Assembly (NCBI GenBank): GCA_019894975.1
Contig: JAGXNO010000006.1
Coordinates: 39,051-103,050 of the forward strand
From: Promethearchaeota archaeon
GTDB lineage: Archaea; Asgardarchaeota; Lokiarchaeia; Sigyniarchaeales; SOKP01
DNA: 64,000 nt
Direction: 5' to 3'
Below are positions 58,650 to 64,000 of the stretch, one piece after another. The translations under genes were made by a program, and so were the position numbers. The notes beneath the pieces were generated by a model, which saw only the letters and a program-made list of their open reading frames with translations, ran no database searches and was not told where the DNA came from. Numbering within the stretch: the stretch's first letter is position 1; each line of letters begins with the position of its first letter.

Positions 58650-60527
58650 ATGAAAATTTACGGATATATGGGAAAAATATTAAGAGTAGATTTAGCAGAT
58701 GGTAAAATTACTGAGGAATTTCCTGACGATGAAACATTAAAGATGTATTTAGGAGGATCAGGATTAGCAACTAAATATATGATTGATGAAATGCCAAAAG
58801 GTATTGATCCTTTAGGACCTGAAAATAAACTCATTTTTATGACTGGGCCTCTAACAGGAACACCATCCCCTAGCACAGGAAGATATAGTGTATGTGCAAA
58901 ATCTCCCCTTACTGGAGTTTGGGGACAGGCGAATTCTGCGGGATTTTGGGGTCGAGATCTAAAAAGATCTGGCTTTGATGGTGTTATCTTTGAAGGAATT
59001 TCCCCAAAACCAGTGTACCTTGTTACTGAAGACGGAAAAGCGGAACTCAAAGACGCTTCGCATCTTTGGGGAAAAAATACTTCAGACACTACAAAAATGA
59101 TAAGAGAAGAATTAGGGAATAAATTTAATGTTGCTTGTATTGGGATAGGTGGGGAGAATTTAGTAAAGTATGCTGCTATAATGAATGATTGTGATGAACC
59201 TAATTATGGACGAGCTGCTGGAAGGTGTGGAATGGGTACGGTTATGGGTTCTAAAAAAGTTAAAGCGATTGCATCTAAAGGAAGTGCTAAAATAGAAGTA
59301 GCAAATCCAGAAGATTATAAATCTGAAGCTAAACAAAGATATGATTGGGTAAATCAGAGTATGTTAAAAATGACTCTTGAGGTATTCGGAACCGCTACAA
59401 TGGTGGATTTGGTAAATATTAAGGGAGGATTACCAACAAACAATTGGCAAACAGGTGTCTTTCCCGGTGCTGATAAAATTAATGGAACTGCGATAAATGA
59501 AACAATTCTTATAGGACGTAAACCATGCTTTGCCTGTCCGATAGCTTGTGGACGGGTTTCAGAAATAAAGGAAGGAAAATATAAAAGTACTGGGGAAGGT
59601 CCAGAATATGAATCGCTTGGAGCACTTGGAACGATGTGTGGTGTTGATAATTTAGAAGCAATTACGTTAGCACATTTTCTTTGTAATGAATGGGGTCTCG
59701 ATGTTATTTCTGCAGGTAATACCATTGGATTTGCAATGGAATGTTATCAGAAAGGAATATTAACTAAAGAAGACACGGAGGGTCTTGAATTTAATTTTGG
59801 GAATGCTGATCTAGTTGTAGACCTTATTGCAAAAATAGGTAAAAGAGAAGGAATTGGGGATTTACTAGCTGAAGGAACAAGAAATATGGCAGAAAAGTTA
59901 GGTAAAGGCTCTCACAAATTCGCCATGCATGTTAAAGGGTTAGAATTACCTGCCTATGATAGTCGAGCTGCCAAAATTACCGGATTAGCCTATGCTACAG
60001 CCAACCGAGGAGGATGCCATATAACTGGTTACATTGAAGGACCAGCCTTCTTGTCAATGCCATTTATGATTGTAGAGGACGCATCAGTAGGGGATGTTCT
60101 TTCGGAAAATCCAGAGGATACAAAAATTGTTAAAGAATTCGAAGATGCCTTTGGTTTATTTGATGCTATTGGTGGTTGTAAATTTATGGGTATGGTATTA
60201 ACCTCAGAAGATTGGGCATCACTTATTGAGAAACTTTTAGGTTATGATTTCACTAAAGAAGATTTTGCGAAAATGGGTGAAAGGCTATATAACTTAGCAA
60301 GAGTTTATAATGTAAGAGAGGGTGTTACTAGAGCTGATGATACCCTTCCTCCACGAATGCTAGAGGAACCTATGCCTGACGGTCCTGCGAGGGGAGAAAC
60401 TGTAAACCTAGATCCTCTTTTAGATGCATATTATGATTATCGCGGATGGGATAAGGAGACAGGCAAACCTACTAAAGAGAAACTCAAAGAATTAGGATTG
60501 GAATGGGCGATTAAAGAAATTTACTAA
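58650..60527 (+). CDS. aor: Tungsten-dependent aldehyde:ferredoxin oxidoreductase
   Basis: KSPLTG, AAGRCGMGTVMGSK, CFACPIAC, GPEYE, GLDVIS, RGGCH, YYDYRGWD; GAGGTG ribosome-binding site. Confidence 0.93.
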   Translation: MKIYGYMGKILRVDLADGKITEEFPDDETLKMYLGGSGLATKYMIDEMPKGIDPLGPENKLIFMTGPLTGTPSPSTGRYSVCAKSPLTGVWGQANSAGFWGRDLKRSGFDGVIFEGISPKPVYLVTEDGKAELKDASHLWGKNTSDTTKMIREELGNKFNVACIGIGGENLVKYAAIMNDCDEPNYGRAAGRCGMGTVMGSKKVKAIASKGSAKIEVANPEDYKSEAKQRYDWVNQSMLKMTLEVFGTATMVDLVNIKGGLPTNNWQTGVFPGADKINGTAINETILIGRKPCFACPIACGRVSEIKEGKYKSTGEGPEYESLGALGTMCGVDNLEAITLAHFLCNEWGLDVISAGNTIGFAMECYQKGILTKEDTEGLEFNFGNADLVVDLIAKIGKREGIGDLLAEGTRNMAEKLGKGSHKFAMHVKGLELPAYDSRAAKITGLAYATANRGGCHITGYIEGPAFLSMPFMIVEDASVGDVLSENPEDTKIVKEFEDAFGLFDAIGGCKFMGMVLTSEDWASLIEKLLGYDFTKEDFAKMGERLYNLARVYNVREGVTRADDTLPPRMLEEPMPDGPARGETVNLDPLLDAYYDYRGWDKETGKPTKEKLKELGLEWAIKEIY

Positions 60528-60565
60528 TTAATACTTCCAGCTTTGTAATATAGAAGGTGAAAATA

Positions 60566-62278
60566 ATGGGTGAAGAAAAAAAACTGACCTATGCGGATAA
60601 ACCATGGTTAAAATCATATTCGGTAGGACCGTTTAAGCTTAAACATTCAATGGAACCATACCCTAAGATAAATGTTTACAATTTCCTTGAAGAAAGTGCT
60701 ACAAAATTTCCTGATAATATAGCATGTATTTATTTAGAAGACGAAATTACATATAAGGATTTAAAGTTAAAGGTGGATAAGCTAGCAAATGCATTTATTG
60801 ATTTAGGTTTAAAAAAAGGAGATACCATAGCATCTGTTCTTCCTTCATGCCTAGAATTCATTATAGTCGACTATGCTGTAATGAAAATGGGTGCAATTCA
60901 CGTACCACTTAGTATATTGCATAAAACTGATGATTTAATTCATGAGTTAAAGGAAAGCAATGCAAAAACGGTATTTTGTTCATATAGGCGTCTCGATCGC
61001 ATTAAAGAAGCTAATAACGAAGTAGAAATTGAAACAGTTATCCATACTCCAACGCGTTTATTTCCCGATTACAAACTCCCTGATATGAAAGAGGTATCAG
61101 AACAAGGATATTACTCTTTAGAAGAATTATTAGAAAAATACGATCCACTTGAAAAAACAATTGAAGTAGATCCACAAGAAGATATTGCGCTTCTACCTTT
61201 TACTGGTGGTACAACTGGACTTCCAAAGGGGACAATGTTAACTCATTATAACATAACTACAAATGTAATTCAATTAATGCATTGGATGTTCGATCCCTTA
61301 AAGGTAGGGATTATTGGAAAAGCAGCTGTAGTAATTGCTGTTCCTATATTTCATGCCTATGGGCACTTTACTATACATTCATGCATTTCATTAGGATTAA
61401 AAATGTTTTTAATGGACCCAAGAGATATGGTGAGAATTGTTGAAGTTATAAAAATGAATCGTCCCTTTATGGTCACCGGCGTTCCTGCCCATTATATAAG
61501 ATTCCTTCAATTAGATATACCTAAAGCACCCATTTTTTACCTTTCTGGAGCAGCACCAATGCCACCTGAACTTGCCGATCAATTTGAACAAAAAACAGGA
61601 GTCCCGATGGGTGAAGGTTATGGTGCAACTGAAACATGCGCAGCTTGTACTGTCAATATTTCTCCCCTATCAAAGGTTACAGGATTTATGGCTTCCAAGA
61701 AAAATGGTGTAGGTGTACCCTTACCCGATACAGAAGTAAAAATTGTAGATCCAGAAACAGGTGAGGAGATACCATTTGGAGAATCTGGTGAGATATGGGT
61801 CCGTGGACCACAGGTAATGAAAGGTTATTGGCCAACACCAGGCAATGGTTTAACCGATGATAAGTGGCTTCCGATGGGTGATATTGGAAGAATGGATGAA
61901 GATGGCTATTTTTATATAGAAGATCGCATCAAGGATATGATTAATGTATCAGGAAATAAAGTATATTCAAGAGTGATTGATGATATTTTACATGAACACC
62001 CCGCAGTAAGTGTAGCAGGAGTAATAGGAATTCCTGATACAGAACGACCTGGTAGCGAAAGGGTTAAGGCATTTATTACTCTTCATAAAGAATTCGAGGG
62101 GAAAGTCTCAGAACAAGATATTATCAATCATTTAAAAGACAAAGTAAAACCGTATGCAGTTCCTAAGCATGTTGAATTTAGAAATGATCTTCCATTAACA
62201 TTAGCAATGAAACTTTTTAAACGAAAACTAAGAACTGAAGAAATTGCTAAAATGAAAGAAAGAGGAGAAATAAAGTAA
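60566..62278 (+). CDS. Long-chain acyl-CoA synthetase (AMP-binding)
   Basis: FTGGTTGLPKG, EGYGATE, RGPQVMKGYW, GDIG, DRIKDMI; ATG at 60566 follows GGTGA. Confidence 0.92.
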   Translation: MGEEKKLTYADKPWLKSYSVGPFKLKHSMEPYPKINVYNFLEESATKFPDNIACIYLEDEITYKDLKLKVDKLANAFIDLGLKKGDTIASVLPSCLEFIIVDYAVMKMGAIHVPLSILHKTDDLIHELKESNAKTVFCSYRRLDRIKEANNEVEIETVIHTPTRLFPDYKLPDMKEVSEQGYYSLEELLEKYDPLEKTIEVDPQEDIALLPFTGGTTGLPKGTMLTHYNITTNVIQLMHWMFDPLKVGIIGKAAVVIAVPIFHAYGHFTIHSCISLGLKMFLMDPRDMVRIVEVIKMNRPFMVTGVPAHYIRFLQLDIPKAPIFYLSGAAPMPPELADQFEQKTGVPMGEGYGATETCAACTVNISPLSKVTGFMASKKNGVGVPLPDTEVKIVDPETGEEIPFGESGEIWVRGPQVMKGYWPTPGNGLTDDKWLPMGDIGRMDEDGYFYIEDRIKDMINVSGNKVYSRVIDDILHEHPAVSVAGVIGIPDTERPGSERVKAFITLHKEFEGKVSEQDIINHLKDKVKPYAVPKHVEFRNDLPLTLAMKLFKRKLRTEEIAKMKERGEIK

Positions 62279-62418
62279 TTCAATTATAATTTGAAATTAA
62301 ATTTTTTTATTATTTTTTTTTGTGAAGTAAAAACTAGAATATTTATACCACTCTTTACTAAATAAAATATATAATAAAATAACCTATTGAAAAATTAAGC
62401 GAAATTTACTTATTAGAT

Positions 62419-62850
62419 GTGATAATAATGAAATTTGGAACACCAGAATGGGCAACCGCTTATGTTAAGGCAATTAATGGTAATGAAAACTATAGAGATG
62501 CCGCTGGACCTAGTGGGTTTCCACCTGATGGATGGGAAGGTGATTTTCTCTTTGTTGTTGAGCCTTCAGGCAATTTAGATCATGAGATTAGGATGTTTGT
62601 AGGACTTTATCATGGTGAATGTACTGGAGCATCAATACTGGGAGAAGGAGAAGAAAAAGATACCGAATATATTTTTTCCGGTAAATATGATGCGTGGGTG
62701 CAAGTATTAAAAAAGGAATTAGATCCTATACGTGGTATGCTCTCAGGTAAATTTAAATTACAAGGGGACATGGCTAAAGTTTTAAAAGCCACAAGAGCTG
62801 CACAAGAACTTGTTGTTTCCACTACAATGATTGATACTGAATTCTATTAG
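62419..62850 (+). CDS. SCP2 sterol/lipid-binding domain protein
   Basis: FGTPEW, LYHGEC, LDPIRGMLSGKFKLQGDMAKVL. Confidence 0.85.
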   Translation: MIIMKFGTPEWATAYVKAINGNENYRDAAGPSGFPPDGWEGDFLFVVEPSGNLDHEIRMFVGLYHGECTGASILGEGEEKDTEYIFSGKYDAWVQVLKKELDPIRGMLSGKFKLQGDMAKVLKATRAAQELVVSTTMIDTEFY

Positions 62851-62887
62851 AATTGAAGTAACTTTATTTACTTTTTTTTATTTTTAA

Positions 62888-63727
62888 TTGTATCTGACCA
62901 ATTTTGTAAAATTTAAAATGCCCTTTCACGAGAGTAATATTTCTGAATTAATTGAAAAACTTATTTTTTTCCTTGATTTAGATGGTACTATCTATTTAGA
63001 AAACAAATTGTTTAAAGGAGTACCTGAATTCTTAAAATTATTAAGAGATAGAAATAAACAATTTTATTTTCTTTCAAATAATTCAAGTCTTTCTACATCA
63101 GCTTATCTCGAGAAATTGAATAAGTTTAATCTTCATATTACTGAAGATAATCTCATTTTATCTCAACATCCTACAATAGAATATCTAAAAAAAGAACAAT
63201 ACAAGAAAATCTTTTTACTAGGTACAACATCACTTAAAAAGGAGTTTGAGAATGAAGGATTTGAATTAACTGAACGCGATCCTCAAATAATTGTCCTTGC
63301 TTTTGACAAAGAATTAACTTATGAACGATTAGTTAGAGCTACGAAATTACTTTTAAAAAAGGATTTTCCCTATATAGCAACCCATCTTGACAATAGATGC
63401 CCCACAGAGGAGGGATATATTCCAGATGCTGGGGGTATCGCAGCTTTATTATTTAAAACAGTAGAAAGAATGCCAAGGGTTTTTGGGAAACCCAACAAAG
63501 AAATGCTCTTGTTTAAATTAAATCAGCTAGGATTATCCCCTAAAGATGCAGTAATGATTGGTGATCGTCTTTATACTGATATAAAAATGGGCAAAAATGC
63601 TGGAGTGTCAACATGTTTATGCCTTTCTGGGGAAACAACAGTGGATATGATTAAAAATAGTGAGAATAAACCTGATTTTGTAATAAACGGAATATGGGAT
63701 CTTCTAGATGCATTCTACCAATTGTAA
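62888..63727 (+). CDS. HAD-IIA hydrolase (NagD-like); start probably ATG 62918
   Basis: DLDGT, LSNNS, GKP, IGDRLYTDI, LSGET. Confidence 0.92.
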   Translation: MYLTNFVKFKMPFHESNISELIEKLIFFLDLDGTIYLENKLFKGVPEFLKLLRDRNKQFYFLSNNSSLSTSAYLEKLNKFNLHITEDNLILSQHPTIEYLKKEQYKKIFLLGTTSLKKEFENEGFELTERDPQIIVLAFDKELTYERLVRATKLLLKKDFPYIATHLDNRCPTEEGYIPDAGGIAALLFKTVERMPRVFGKPNKEMLLFKLNQLGLSPKDAVMIGDRLYTDIKMGKNAGVSTCLCLSGETTVDMIKNSENKPDFVINGIWDLLDAFYQL

Positions 63728-63892
63728 AGAATCCCCTTTAATTCCCCCTTAAATTTTAGAAAGTTTTTTTTCCTAATTATGATTACTATACTTTGTAACA
63801 TTTTGTAGTTTACTAGCATTAAAAATAAAAACATGAAATTCTGTTCTTAATTTATTAAATCTTGAAAAATATAGAGATTTTTGCATATAAAA

Positions 63893-64000
63893 ATGACGAC
63901 CAGTGAAAAAAATAAGTTTGTTTATAGCTTCACCGAAGGAAATAAAGGATTAAAAAATTTATTAGGTGGAAAGGGAGCAAATCTAGCAGAGATGACTAAC
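63893..64000 (+). CDS. ppdK: Pyruvate phosphate dikinase (5' end; runs off right edge; absent from ORF track)
   Basis: MTTSEKNKFVYSFTEGNKGLKNLLGGKGANLAEMTN, the typical PPDK N-terminus. Confidence 0.88.
   Translation, partial: MTTSEKNKFVYSFTEGNKGLKNLLGGKGANLAEMTN

Noticed and set aside
713-62822. Numerous short ORFs overlapping long genes (e.g. 713, 1349, 4995, 16557, 18126, 57999, 58658, 59354, 62610)
   Set aside because: Antisense or alternate-frame shadows of well-supported genes, with no motifs.
1-64000. tRNA, rRNA, CRISPR arrays, transposases, integrases
   Set aside because: No cloverleaf, long GC-rich RNA gene, regularly spaced repeats or mobile-element ORFs were seen by eye.

Overview
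AT-rich archaeal DNA, most consistent with an Asgard archaeon (Lokiarchaeia-like). This assignment is inferred from archaeal-type IleRS and PheRS, DUF1512, tungsten AOR, SCP2 and a UEV/RING protein. About 1-50.7 kb is a large, mosaic surface-glycan locus: a flippase, GT4/GT2/GT11 and GT-D-like transferases, many NDP-sugar SDRs, GDP-fucose synthesis, seven SAM methyltransferases, a B12 radical SAM enzyme and a PAPS module (sat/cysC). The main result is a gene the ORF track missed because it runs off the left edge: PEP mutase (1..437, minus strand, motif EDKKFPKRNS). It is co-oriented with an organophosphate-type MFS transporter, an HTH-fused LicC/PntC-type cytidylyltransferase, a Thr-nucleophile sulfatase-fold protein, a GT4 and a CDP-alcohol phosphotransferase. 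Together these form a candidate phosphonate (C-P bond) glycan/lipid modification system. Embedded in the locus are a FANCL-like protein with four UEV/RWD domains plus a RING, and a double-anchored repeat glycoprotein. A decayed heptose/pentose-phosphate operon is visible as two deletion-fusion pseudogenes and an rpe remnant. The right end is housekeeping and metabolism: bacterial-type rph, pheS-pheT-pheA, coaD, DUF1512, aor, acyl-CoA ligase, SCP2, a NagD-like HAD and partial ppdK. No tRNA, rRNA, CRISPR array or transposase was seen.
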